From Octopus sinensis (lineage: Eukaryota): a stretch of 51,878 nucleotides of DNA. Numbering within the stretch: the stretch's first letter is position 1; each line of letters opens with the position of its first letter. Position numbers and translations under genes: made by a program. The notes below the pieces were generated by a model. The model was given only the letters and a program-made list of their open reading frames with translations. It ran no database searches and was not told the DNA's origin. This document shows, in pieces, positions 24,501-37,929 of the stretch. The DNA lies in the NCBI RefSeq assembly GCF_006345805.1, contig NW_021833990.1, positions 1 through 51,878 on the forward strand, written 5' to 3'.

Positions 24501-25505
24501 TTGTTGCAAAGAAGGTGAAAATGATGGCAATGAAAAAAGCGCACGAGTAATTGGCTGATAGGTGGGAGGAGAAACCTCTGCACGGCAAATATGTGACCCG
24601 CAGCAAACAAGCTGATGTTGACCAGAAGCAAACCCATCAGTGGCTGCGGAGCTCAGGGCTAAAAGCAGAGAGCGAAGGTTTCATCCTGGCTGCTCAAGAC
24701 CAAAGCCTATTAACCCGGAACTACCAGGCCAATGTGATGAAAAATGGAGCAGACCCAAAATGCCGATTCTGCAACGACATGATTGAAACAGTGGACCACC
24801 TAATCTCTGGATGTAAAGTCTTAGCACCAGTGGAGTATAAATTAAGACATGACAGAGTTGGCTAATATCTCCACTGGCTAATAAGTCGGCATTACAATAT
24901 CAAAACTGCCGACAAGTGGTATAATCACCACCCTGAGGTTGTAACTGAAGGAGAAAATGTAACCATTCTGTGGGACTTTCCAGTACATACAGACCGAACC
25001 ATCAAGGCCAATAAACCAGATATTGTTGTAAAAGACCAAAACAATAAAGTTTGCTTATTGATCAACATGAGCATCCCCTGTGATCAAAATATCTCAGCGA
25101 AAGAGTTTGACAAGCTCAGAAAATATAAAGACCTACTCATTGAAATTGAGAAAATGTGGCATCTCAAGGCGGTTACAATACCAGTGATCGTAGGAGCACT
25201 AGGAATGATCAAGAAGGGAACCGAAAATTATATGAGAATGATCCCTGGCTTACCATCCCTGCAAGAAGTGCAAAAGATTGTCTTAACTGGTACATCACAC
25301 GTATTGAGAAGAGCATTGTCGATGTGAGAACTGTTGCTGCTCATGTATTTTAATTTAACTTTAAAATTAAAAAAAAAAAAAAAAATTAACGAACTACTGA
25401 GTTTGGTTTAATGGCCTACCAATATACACTATGAGTTTCTTTGCCCTAGGAGTCGGGAAGACACTCGGCAAGAAATGGAAGAAAATTTGAAAGAAGAAAA
25501 AAAAA

Positions 25506-25506
<1 letters not shown>
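21531..25506 (+). mobile_element. Near full-length R4/Dong-clade non-LTR retrotransposon (RT + CCHC + restriction-like endonuclease)
   Basis: One ~1200-aa ORF (21640/21694-25327) split by one frameshift (~22900) and four stops (~23070, 23717, 24548, 24863). Motifs: KWTREEYKEVIYAY, KNYRPITCL, GIFQGDSLSPL, YMDDLKLY, CRFC..ETVDHLISGC, KPDIV..CLLI.MSIPCD..K..KY. No APE domain; followed by (TAA)n. Confidence 0.95.
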
Positions 25507-25538
<32 letters not shown>

Positions 25539-25719
25539 TAATAATGATAGCAATAAAAACATGGTTTTGGTCTCTGAGGACAACCCCAACAGAATTAAAT
25601 TTATGTCTAATAATTCTAAGGTCAAGAATTCTATATATCAGTGTAAAATTTCTTGCGGTACTCTGAACTCTTCCATATTCTCTTCTCTAAGAGAATGTCG
25701 AAAGTAATAGCATCTGCGT

Positions 25720-25730
25720 TCAACTCCATT

Positions 25731-25784
<54 letters not shown>

Positions 25785-26432
25785 AATATATATATAATAT
25801 AATATATATATATATATATATATATGATATAATCTAATCTAATCTAATCTAATATAATATAATATAATATAATATATAATATAATAATATAATATAATAT
25901 AGTGTAATATAATGTAATATAATATAATATATAATATAATATAATATAGTATAATATAATGTAATAATATAATAATATAATATATATAATATAATATAAT
26001 ATAATATAGTATAATATAATATATAATATATATAATATAATATAGTATAATATAATGTAATATAATATAATATAATATAATATAATATAATATAATATAA
26101 TAATATATATAATATAATATAGTATAATATAATGTAATATAATATAATAATATAATATAATATAATATAATATAATATAATATAGTATAATATAATATAA
26201 TAATATAATATAATATAATATAGTATAATATAATGTAATATAATATAATATAATATAATATAATATAATATAATAATAATAATATAATATAATATAATAT
26301 AATATAGTATAATATAATATAATATAATAATATAATATAATATAATATAATATAATATAATATAGTATAATATAATATAATATAATAATATAACATAATA
26401 TAATATAATATAGTATAATATAATGTAATATA
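25720..26432. repeat. (TA)n followed by (AATAT)n pentanucleotide array
   Basis: Direct inspection; AATCT, AGTAT and AATGT variants. Confidence 0.97.
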
Positions 26433-26652
26433 AGCCATCTTTCCAAATGTTATCTTCATCGAAACAAGACGGCTTATTCTGTCCCTCTCATAACCTGTCT
26501 CCTTAATGCGTTCAAAATAATTTTTCGTTTCTCATTGTGTTCAACTATTTTTTTGATGTCCTGTACCCATATATGCATGTATACATACATATAGATGTAG
26601 GTATTACATATATGTATGTATATATGCATATATATATATATTATTTATATTA

Positions 26653-27062
26653 GGCGCAAGAGTGGCTGTGTGGTAAGTAGCTTGCTAACCAACCACATGG
26701 TTCCGGGTTCAGTCCCACTGCGTGGATTCTTGGGCAAGTGTCTTCTGCTATAACCCCAGGCCGACCAATGCCGTGTGAGTGGATTTGGTAGACGGAAACT
26801 GAAAGAAGCCTGTCGTATATATGCATATATGCATATATATATGTGGTGTGTGTGTTTTTTGTGTCTGAGTTTGTCCCCCTAGCATTGCTTGTTTACGTTA
26901 CTTAGCATTGCTTGTTTACGTCCCCGTTACTTAGCGGTTCGGCAAAAGAGACCGATAGAATAAGTACTGGGCTTACAAAGAATAAGTCCCGGGGTCGATT
27001 TGCTCGACTAAAGGCGGTGCTCCAGCATGGCCGCTGTCAAATGACTGAAACAAGGAAGAGTA
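26653..27062 (+). mobile_element. SINE family 1 copy
   Basis: Colinear with 305-778. Confidence 0.85.
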
Positions 27063-27079
27063 TATTTATATATATATAT

Positions 27080-28010
27080 ATAAATTCCAACTCGCCAAAA
27101 CTGATGGACAGAATGTTGGCATTAGTCCCCACCCCACCCCAGGTGAGTCACTATTTGTTTAACGAAATATTCCTCCGCAAGCTGTCACCCCAGGTCCAGG
27201 CCCTCATAACTCAGACCGAAATCAAGGACATTTGGAAATTATCAAAGGCGTCTGACGGGCATTTTTTATCCAGTGGTGTCCTGGTCAACGCCATAGGGCC
27301 GGTTCCGAGACGGAGTAGGGTTAAGCAGGATGACCTGTGCTTCTACAATGCAAAGTTTGGTAAAAAGGCGACAAAATGTAAACAACCGTATAGCTTCAGG
27401 ACCCCTTCACCAGTGAACCAGGGCAACTCTAGGGCCGGCCGATATTGAACACCTTTCTTCGAGCACATTTGCTACTGATGGATTTGCGGGGAAGATGACT
27501 GCTCGACAAAAACACACGCTTCCGTGCTTCTTGCAATATCTACACATGTCGCCCCCCCCCCGCATAGCAACCATCTCGCAGACCAAGAAGGAATTCTCGG
27601 ATCTTCTTCTTAGTCGCCCGAATCTATCCACTCCGACATTCTCCAAACCTACAGCCCACCATGGGATGACACATCACATCTCTACCCCGGCTCCCCAGTG
27701 CGCAGCCGCACACGTCGTCTATCACCAGACAAATTGCAATCGCAAAGACCGAATTTGACAATATGGAGGCTTTGGGTATTGCTCGATAAACAAGCAGTCC
27801 CAGGTCATCACCCCTGCATGTGGCCCCCAAATCCAACGGAGGTTATCGACCCTGCGGAGATTGACGTCTCAACGCGGATACGACACCCGACCGCTTCCCC
27901 ATTCCAAATTCAGCCTATAGAAGGTGCTAATTTTGGAAAATGTGCTCCACTTCTTACCCCGTTAGCTACGCCAGAGAGACTATGACCAGGTTCCTCCTAT
28001 GCCACCACAC
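27080..28010 (+). mobile_element. Gypsy LTR retrotransposon gag-pol remnant (CsRN1-like)
   Basis: Gag KLMDRMLAL..EIFLRKLSPQVQ..LCFYNAKFGKKATKCKQPYSF..QGN; pol HGMTHHIST...RRLSPDK...EFD..EALGI...SSPLHVAPKSNGGYRPCGD..RLNAD, frameshifted. Confidence 0.85.
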
Positions 28011-28204
28011 CTCATAACTTTACTAATTAAAAGATGGTCAACAGGTGCACAAAGTCTTCCCAGATGCTTGTTCAACTCTGATATTATCACACTATCGCAA
28101 ACAGCCGACCCTTAATGGTTCACACAGCTTGTATAAATGTTACACGTGAGATTCTAACAAGCAATTAATCAGCAGTTTATCGCCAATTGATCGATATTAT
28201 TTTT

Positions 28205-28968
28205 GAGTATCATTTTTTTTTCTTCTACCAGTGCACTCAACTTGGTATGTTTACTTCCCGTTGTAAGTTTGATAGTAAAAGTCAATAAGTTACCTACATA
28301 GAAAGACAGTTTTGGTTCTACCATCCGACAATCAATTCTCTTTTGGCTGCTTTCCTCTCTTCAGCTTTGTTACAATCACAAAATTCTCACCATTGATCCC
28401 TTTGGTTTCTGTTTAAATCGAGAGACAATAATTCCATCATATCGTTTCTCAAAACCTGCAATCTGAATCAAACCCTTTACTTCTCCCCAGATTTTCCTTC
28501 CCAATGAACGACCCCCTACTTTCCTGTGAACGAGTATCTGTGACATTCATTGAGCAACTGATTGGTTGCGATGTAATTATTGGTTAATTAATTTATTCTC
28601 ATCTCCTCTTCCTGCTACCACGTTTCTACTCTCAGCTCTCCGCTCCTCTTCCAGACTAATTCATTTATACTCATTTCATCTGTCTCTAAACATTGTTTCC
28701 ATTTTTTTTTCGGTGGACTTGGTTGGTGTGGTGAGGGTTACTCATTTGTTTGTTGGTGTGTGATAAGCAACAGAACATAACTGATTAATAATTTCGTAGA
28801 TCAACAATCTATTGTTTACCTTGTTCTTTCATTACATCCGCCTTCCTTAAGGAAGATGTATTTTTTAAGTCGTGTTTGTTAGTCTGTCCGTGGACAAGAT
28901 TCTCAAGAACCGGTGGATGGATTCGCATGAAACTTTCAGGGATGTTTGGCCTCGTGACTGGCACGAAC
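28205..28968. repeat. Duplicate of 2720-3520, includes the 5' half of the Helentron-type element
   Basis: Colinear match; ends abruptly at GGCACGAAC. Confidence 0.9.
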
Positions 28969-29648
28969 TTCGTCTGGTTGACTGATGAGTAGTAACAGAA
29001 GGCTGCGTCTTCGTATCACGCCGGGGCCATCAATTTATGTAGTGGGAATATATATTCAGTTCCAGGTGCTGATATGGATACGTGTATGTTTACAAGATTT
29101 CATAGAGAGATCATGAATAAATTCAAAAACAATATTTACTACGTAAAAATGTATTTTATTTAATGGTCGTTGATGATACGTAATCAAAATGTAGAATCTA
29201 ATTGAATTAAATAATCTATGCAAGACAGATCAGAGATAGGAAATATGGAAATAACAGCTACGTGGTGATTTTCAGTCATGTGGCGTAGAGAAACAGACAG
29301 ACATAGCAATGACGTGAATGGCTCTAAGTCTAATCGACTGAGAAGTGAAAGCAGGGTTAGCAAGCTGTTTTTATTAATGGAACGCTAGATATTCTAGAAA
29401 CTTCCAAGAGAAACATTAAGCTTCTTGAATAATAAAGAATCCGCTTTCATGGCACAGATGTTTCCAGAACCTCAGTGAAGGGAGACTACTCTATAAACCT
29501 TCTTGCAAGGGACATCATTCAACTATTTAGCTACATAGACCACTACATATATATATACATATATGAGAGAGTGGGAAGGGAGGAGGGAGCTGAGTGTCGT
29601 TGTGACTGTGAGAATGTCCTGAACCAGCAATATTAATATTATTATTAT

Positions 29649-32600
29649 TTTTTCCTTCTTTCTTCAAATTTCTTCCGTTTCTCGCCGAGTGTTTTCCATA
29701 CACCTAGGGAAGAGAAGCTCATTGTATGCATTCCCAGATTACACACGCAAATTCACAGATAAAATATGTATTTAAAAATTAATAAATAAATAAATTCATG
29801 GATGGATGTTATTTTCAAAGCGATAGTGCTCTTCTCAGTACATGAGCCGTTCCAGTTAACACGATTTTTTGCACTTCCTTGTAGGGATGGTGAGCCTGGA
29901 ATCATTTTCAAATAGGTTTCAGTACCTTTTTTTATCATTCCTACAGATCCTACAATCACTGGTACTGTAGTCACCTCGAGATGCCACATTTTTTCAGTTT
30001 CTATTAGCAGGTCTTTATATTTACTAATCTTGTCAAATTCTTTCGCCACTATATTGTGATCACAGGGAATACTCTTGTCAATTAATAAACACATCCTTTT
30101 TGTCTGATCTATTATAATAATATCCGGTTTATTAGCTTTTATAGTCTTGTCGGTCCTCACGGGGAAGTCCCATAGAATCGACACATTTTCTCCCTCAGTC
30201 ACAGCTTCAGGATGATGTTTATACCATTTGTCAGCGGTTTTGATTTTATAATGCCACATATTGTCCAATGTAAATACTGGCCGACTCTGTCATGTCTTGC
30301 TTTATATTCTGAAGGTGCTAAGACTCTACACCCTGAGATTAGGTTGTCTGTTGTTTCAGTCTCCTCGTTACAGAATCAGCATTTTGGGTCAGCTCCATTT
30401 TTCATCACATTGGCTTGGTAGTTCCGGGTTAATAAGCTTTGGTCTTGAGCAGCTAATATGAAACCTTCACTCTCTGCTTTTAGCCCTGAGCTTCGTAACC
30501 ATTGGTGCGTGTGTTTCTGGTCGACATCAGCTTGTTTGCTACGGGCCACGTACTTGCCATGGAGAGGTTTCTGTTCCCATCTGTTTCCTTGCAGCTGCAG
30601 TTGGCGTATTTCCTTCAGCCTGATCAATCTGGTGTGTATCTAAGATCAGCAGCGAATTGTTTGCTCTCTTTGAGAATAGAGTGAAGTTTTTTCGGTCTTT
30701 CATGTTTTTCAACAAGTTTTAGCATCCAATCGTTGGTTGTTTCAAGGTATTTGGCCAGTTCGATTGTGGTGGTTTTGTACATAAGTTGAAGCTGGATCAA
30801 ACCTCGACCTCCCTGAACTCTGGGAAGGTAAAGGCGATCCACGTCTGCCTTTGGATGGTGCATCTTATTACAAGTCAGTAGCTTGCGGATTTTTCTGTCA
30901 ATTTTCATTATTTCACTGGTATTCCAGTTAAGCACATTGAAGCTATATAGAACAACTGGTACTGCTAAGGAATTTATGGCTAACACCTTATTATATGCAT
31001 TCAGCTCAGACTTCAGGACTGCTCGAACTCTTCTATAACATTCCTTCCTAACCTTCTCTTTCATGCTTTCATGCTGGATACCAGAGCCTTCATTTATTCC
31101 TAGGTATTTATAGGTTTGTTCCTGCTCAAGTTCCTTTATTACTATTTCGACATCTAATTCGATTGAACTAGACTTTACCAATTTCCTTTTCTTAAAAGTG
31201 GCTTTGTCACACTTTTCAAGGCCAAACTCCATCCCGATATCATCACTGAATCCTTTCACAGTATGTAATAATGCTTCAAGCTCTTCATCATCTTTGCCAT
31301 ATAGCTTTAGTCATCCATATAAAATAGATGGCTTATTTTTCTGTTGTCAATTTTGTAGCCATATCCTGTTCTATTCAGTTCACTTGAGAGTGGTATAAGT
31401 GCAATGCAGAAAATCAGGGGTGAAAGTGAGTCACCTTGGAAATTTCCACAGTTTATGCTAATGTTGTTTGAGTGCAATACTCCCTTAGAATGATATAATT
31501 GGAGCTTCGTGTTCCATAGTGACATATTACTTTAAAAATCTGATATCACAAGAGAAATTTTGAAAATGTACAGCGATTTCAGAATCCACGAATGTGGTAT
31601 GCTGTCAAATCAATCCATGAAGAGCTGAGATTTCTGCGCTTGTTATGGCAGTTCTCAAGGATCATGCGATTAGTTAAGAGCTGAACTTTGCATCCATATG
31701 AGCCTCGTCTGCATTGGGAATGAGGTTATTCTCTTCCATAAACGTATATGTTTTCTCTACTAGAATAGATGTCAAGATCTTCTAGGTAGTAGATAAACAT
31801 GTTATAGGCCGGTAGTTTTGGGGTCTTTCGTTTTGTTATTTTTGGGAGGAGGTAAGTAATACTATTTGCCATCCAATGTGGTGTTTTTCCGGGTCTTTCA
31901 TAATACTATTAAATAGTATTACTAACATTTTGTGTGCGGACGAGAGTGATGAGAGCCAGAAATTTGGTACTCTATCAATACCAGGGGATTTCCACTTATG
32001 AGCCTTCGTTAGTGCCCTCCTTAGGTCGGCGATTGAGATGTCTTCCCATACCTGTTCTTGTAGATTTTTGTAGTCATCTTGGGTGCGTTTGATCCACTCT
32101 GCATTTTCATTGTATGGTTTCTCATCACTCCAGATCCCCTTCCAAAAGTGTTCAACTTCTTCCATTAGGGGTGGATTTTCAATGGTTATTTTTTCTTTCC
32201 CTATTTCCCTGTAAAATGATTTAGCATTGGATTTGAACATCTTATTTTGTTTGTAGCATCTGATTCTTTTCTCAAGTCTGCGTATTCTCTGAGCTTTTGC
32301 TTGAACTTTTTGTTTAAGTGTTTCTTTCGCTGACATTAGTTCTTCTCTTGTTGAGTGTCCATATTTTCTCATATCTTCCTGCCTTTTCTTGATCTTACAT
32401 AATTTCCAGAGATTAGCTCAGTTATATTGATATCTCCCTTCGCAATTATTCAATTTCAGTTTCAATTCTACTCCTCCAATTTGATTTTCTCTTCGAATTT
32501 GGTATTGTTGGCTTTTTGGGTGTTAAACAGCGTCTTTCGATTACCTTAACGACAGAGTAAATAATTTCATTTAATTTATTAAGATCAGGTTTTAGTTGTT

Positions 32601-33390
32601 GTATGATTTCCTGTGTAACGCAGTTGCCAATTTGTGTTTTATGTTGGTGTGCATTTGAGAGTTTATGGAGTGGTTCCCTATCATTCATAGTTGTATGGCC
32701 TACAACTGCAAGCTCATTCAGAACTTCTTGCTTCATTTCAATGATAGATTTTCTGTGTTGTTCAACAAACATGAGGTCTTCAAATTCTGTTTCGACATCA
32801 TTTTCCGGGCTGTTTTTTCTAGGGTCATTATATTTTCCTACTTCTTCAGGATCTTGAGTCGTTTCGGCAGATGGTCGCCTTTCAGTCAATGCTTGTGGCC
32901 AACATTCCTCTCCTCAGCTTCGTTATTTCTTTCCTGACTTATATTTAGGTCATTCTCTACCACTTATTTAATAGAGGTTAATTCTGCATCTGTGAGTCTG
33001 GTATTTCTGAAGATATCTCTTCTAACATTTGCTAAACTGCTTTCATCCAGGTTTGGTCTGCTAGCTGGATTCCGGCTCCTCCTTGGGCTGGTCTACTTAA
33101 TGCAAATTAATAAGCATATATCTTCTTTATATTCTTCCCAGTTCCATTTAGTTCTTTTACTTTTTTGATTTTCTGGTCGTTGTGGTGGTGAACTTTAGGG
33201 GCTTAATTTGGGACAAATCCCGTTTAAGTGACCTTCCAGGTTCGTATTCGGGGAAGATATTCAGCCATTTGAAAATTTTTCGCCATCAAGCTGGCAGCCT
33301 CCTGACGGACGCGCTTCCTGTATAACCATTGGGCAACCGATTCGGTGTACTGTTAGAAATTTTCTTTTCAAGTAAAGTTAAATTATTATT
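29649..33390 (-). mobile_element. Near full-length R4/Dong-clade element, second subfamily, several frameshifts
   Basis: Minus ORFs give KETLKQKVQAKAQRIRR, WKSPGIDRVPNFW, FQGDSLSPL, LFYMDD, RLYLPRVQGGRGL, KPDIII..IDKSIPCD; roughly 80-85% nt identity to 21640-25327; 3' end abuts (TAA)n. Confidence 0.93.
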
Positions 33391-33475
33391 AAGTTTTCAT
33401 TAAAAAATAAATAAATAGATAAAATAAAATAAAAAATAAATAAAAGATTTAACCACTAATTTTCATATAGGGGCC

Positions 33476-33925
33476 TCATTTATCATCATTAGCAGCCCCA
33501 GTAGTTATAGCAGCAGCAATATCATTGTCAGCAGCTGCAGCGGCAGTGGTAGTAGCAATAGTAATGACCGCAGCAACAGCATCAGCAGCAGCAGTGGTAG
33601 TACCAGTAGTAGTAGTAGCAGCGGTGGCAGCAGCAGCAAAGCAGCAGCAATGGTAGCAATAGTATAGTAGCAGCAACAGCAACAGTAGGGCCGTGGTTGT
33701 AGCAGCAGCATGTAGCAGCAGCAGGAGCAGTAGCAGCAGCAATGGTAGCAATGTAGTAGTAGCAGTGACAGCAGCAGCAGTGGTAGCAGCAGCTACAGCA
33801 GCAGTAGTAGTGGCCGTAGTTGTAGCAGCAGCAGCAGTAGTAGTAGCAGCAGCAACAGCAGTAGTGGCAGCAGCAGCAGTAGCAGTTGTAGCAGCAGTAG
33901 TAGTAGTAGTAGTAGTAGTAGTAAA
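33476..33925. repeat. Imperfect (GCA)/(GTA) trinucleotide tract
   Basis: Direct inspection. Confidence 0.9.
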
Positions 33926-33941
33926 TGTGGCTCATGTAATC

Positions 33942-34665
33942 TTTTTTTTTTAGGTGGGATAGGGGTCCTATCGGTCAAAAAGTTCAGCAGCGAACAGTGA
34001 CCTTAACCTTAAGAAAAATTAAGGAAGGGCCGAGTTACTCTGTTCTGTATTATTTGTGAATAGAGAAGTTGTGTTCGACCAGAGAGAATCTATAATTAGT
34101 ATCATTATTTTTTTTCCATGTGCGTTTGTGTTATTGCAATACAAAAGTGTTTGCATATTTCGGGTAAGGTAATATTGTAGAGATTGAAGTTGACTTTTCT
34201 AGAGATGTTTGTATGTCCAGTTAGAAGAACAGGCGTGTTTTTGCAATAAAAAGTATATGTTTACATCTATATTTGAATATTCAGGGAGGAAGCACAGATA
34301 AGTCAGATTTTCATAGAAAGTTTTAAGGTTCACCAAAGGTAGTCTTTTGTAAGTCCACACAAAGAAAAGAGTGATGTTTTTAGAAAGAATTAAAAGGATG
34401 TTTACAGAGGCATTGTGGGTATTAAAGATTTTAAAGCTGATCGATTGTGTGTTTGAAAACTGTAGATATGTAAATTTGTAAATTTCTTAACTTATTTTGA
34501 AGAGAATTTTAAATACTCACAAGATATTGTAGATATTCCAGTCTTTGAGAGTTATTTTTTTTCCCCGTTGCTAAACTGGGTCATATTAGTGTTTCTATGG
34601 CTTTCGGCTACTGAATTGTCAGAGCAGCGAGGAGGAACACGTCCACCGCTGTGAAGGCTGGCGCT
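33942..34665 (-). mobile_element. Non-coding module A, second copy (no internal duplication)
   Basis: Reverse complement of 20014-21173; T-run at 33942-33951, (TTA)n beyond 34668. Confidence 0.75.
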
Positions 34666-34667
34666 CT

Positions 34668-35843
<1,176 letters not shown>

Positions 35844-36388
35844 GAGTGAGAGAGCAGTGCATGCCATCAAAGTGACACTGGGGTAAAATATACGAAGCCC
35901 AATATACCCATCATGACTACCCGTCTGATAAAGGTACACCAGGCACATGCATCACAACCATATGTGCGCGACATGGTGATCGCATATCAAGATAAACAGC
36001 ACATGACCTTGCAGGTGGGGCCCAATTAGAATTTTCTTCAGGTTGAGTAGCCCATCCCGCTCAAACGGTCCCTGAATAAGGGTTGTTTAAGGATGTTGAA
36101 AGAACTACCCATGTTTCCAGAGGTGAACTATTCAAACCCCAAAGAATCCCTCTCAACACATGGCTATGATGCTCCCCCACTACTTCTGCTCATGATCAGA
36201 GATGCACATATCGTCAGCCACTAAGGGACATGCTCAACTGGTTACGGTCAAACAACTGTCAAGCAAATCTGTGGTATTGAGCAGAATATTTGCTGTAGCC
36301 CTCTTTTATACCAAGACAAAACAATGTACATGATACACTTCCAATCAGTTAAGATCAGAAGCCATGAGAGCCACTGCCTGGTACTGCA

Positions 36389-36390
<2 letters not shown>
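35844..36390 (-). mobile_element. Non-coding element B, copy 2
   Basis: As for 34949-35501. Confidence 0.8.
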
Positions 36391-36755
<365 letters not shown>

Positions 36756-36756
36756 A

Positions 36757-37879
36757 TATGTTTGACTTTTGCTTTATGTTTGTACAAGTTGGCTCCAAGT
36801 CTCACCCAGAGACCTCAAGAGACAACAGGTTGGAAGTTCATGTTATTGTTATGCCTAGTGTGCCATATATTTGGGGGTTTTTTTGTGTTGTACTAGTGAA
36901 TGTCTAATAAATAAATTTAAAAAAAAAGAAAAAAATGTTTGTTTTAAACCTTGAGATTACATAGAGAGTATTTTGCGTAGGATATGAGCAGTTCCCATGA
37001 GCACTATCTTTTGAATTTCTGCCATTTTGGGGTTTCCTGGTATCTGAGTTAGGTAGCAATCAGCCCCTTTCGCTATCATTCCCAGGGAACCTATGACAAC
37101 AGGTATTGTTTTAGTCTTCAGCTTCCACATTTTGCTGATTTCTATTTCAAGATCTTTATATTTGCTCAGTTTTTGGTAGCTCTTGACAGATACGTTTATA
37201 TCGATTGGGACAGTCATATCAATGAGGAGGCATGTTCTTTATTTGAAGTCTTTTAATATGATGTCTGGCCTATTTGCATCTATTTTTCTGTCAGTTTGAA
37301 TGGTGAAGTTCCAGAGGAGTGAGATGTGGTCATTTTCAAGCACACTGGAGGTGGATTGTGTTCCCACCAGTTTTTTTCATTGGGGCAAATCCAGGTTTTT
37401 GCAAATTACCCAGTGAATATATTGTGCAGCTCTATCATGCCTGTTGAGGTACTCTGTAGGCGCTAGAAGACTGCACTTGGAGACAACATGGTCAATGGTT
37501 TCATTTTGTTGTCGACATACACGACATGTTGGGCTACTGCCGTTCTTTAATATGTTGGCCTGGTAGTTTCTTGTTGGTAGGCATTGATATTGAGCTGCTA
37601 TGATAAACCCTTCTTTTTCAGATTTTAAGCCATAGGCCATTAACGATTGTTGGGTCAGCGCTTTGTCAATATCTGCATTATTCGCTCTCTTTGGGTATTT
37701 GCCATAAAGAGGTTTTTCTTACCATTTATTATTCAGAATATCTAAGGCCGCAGTTTTGGCACGGGTTTTCATGCGCTTAGATTTTTCTGTGCTTTTTTCT
37801 CGTATGACTATCTCTAATTCCGAAATTTGTTGTATTCGGAATTCACTTAGATATTCCTTTGCCTGTTTTGTTACTGAGT
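36757..37879 (-). mobile_element. 5'-truncated R4/Dong-clade element (third subfamily)
   Basis: EKPLYGKY, GLKSEKEGFIIAAQ, CRVCRQQNETIDHVVSKC, RPDII..CLLIDMTVPID..KLSKYKDL, VLMGTAHILRKILSM; both ends abut (TTA)n. Confidence 0.92.
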
Positions 37880-37929
37880 ATTATTATTATTATTATTATC
37901 CTTATTATTATTATTATTATTATCATTAT

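Noticed and set aside
29075-29400. Possible solo LTR (similar impression at 6600-6840)
   Set aside because: Could not establish TG..CA ends, a TSD or a second copy.
34595-34665. HDV-like or hammerhead ribozyme in the module A leader (minus copy has TCCTCGCT; both copies have CTGACA..GAAAC)
   Set aside because: P3 and P1 could not be paired, the motif is absent from copy 1, and the hammerhead core reads CTGACAG/CTGACAA with no stem I; kept only as an untested structured leader.
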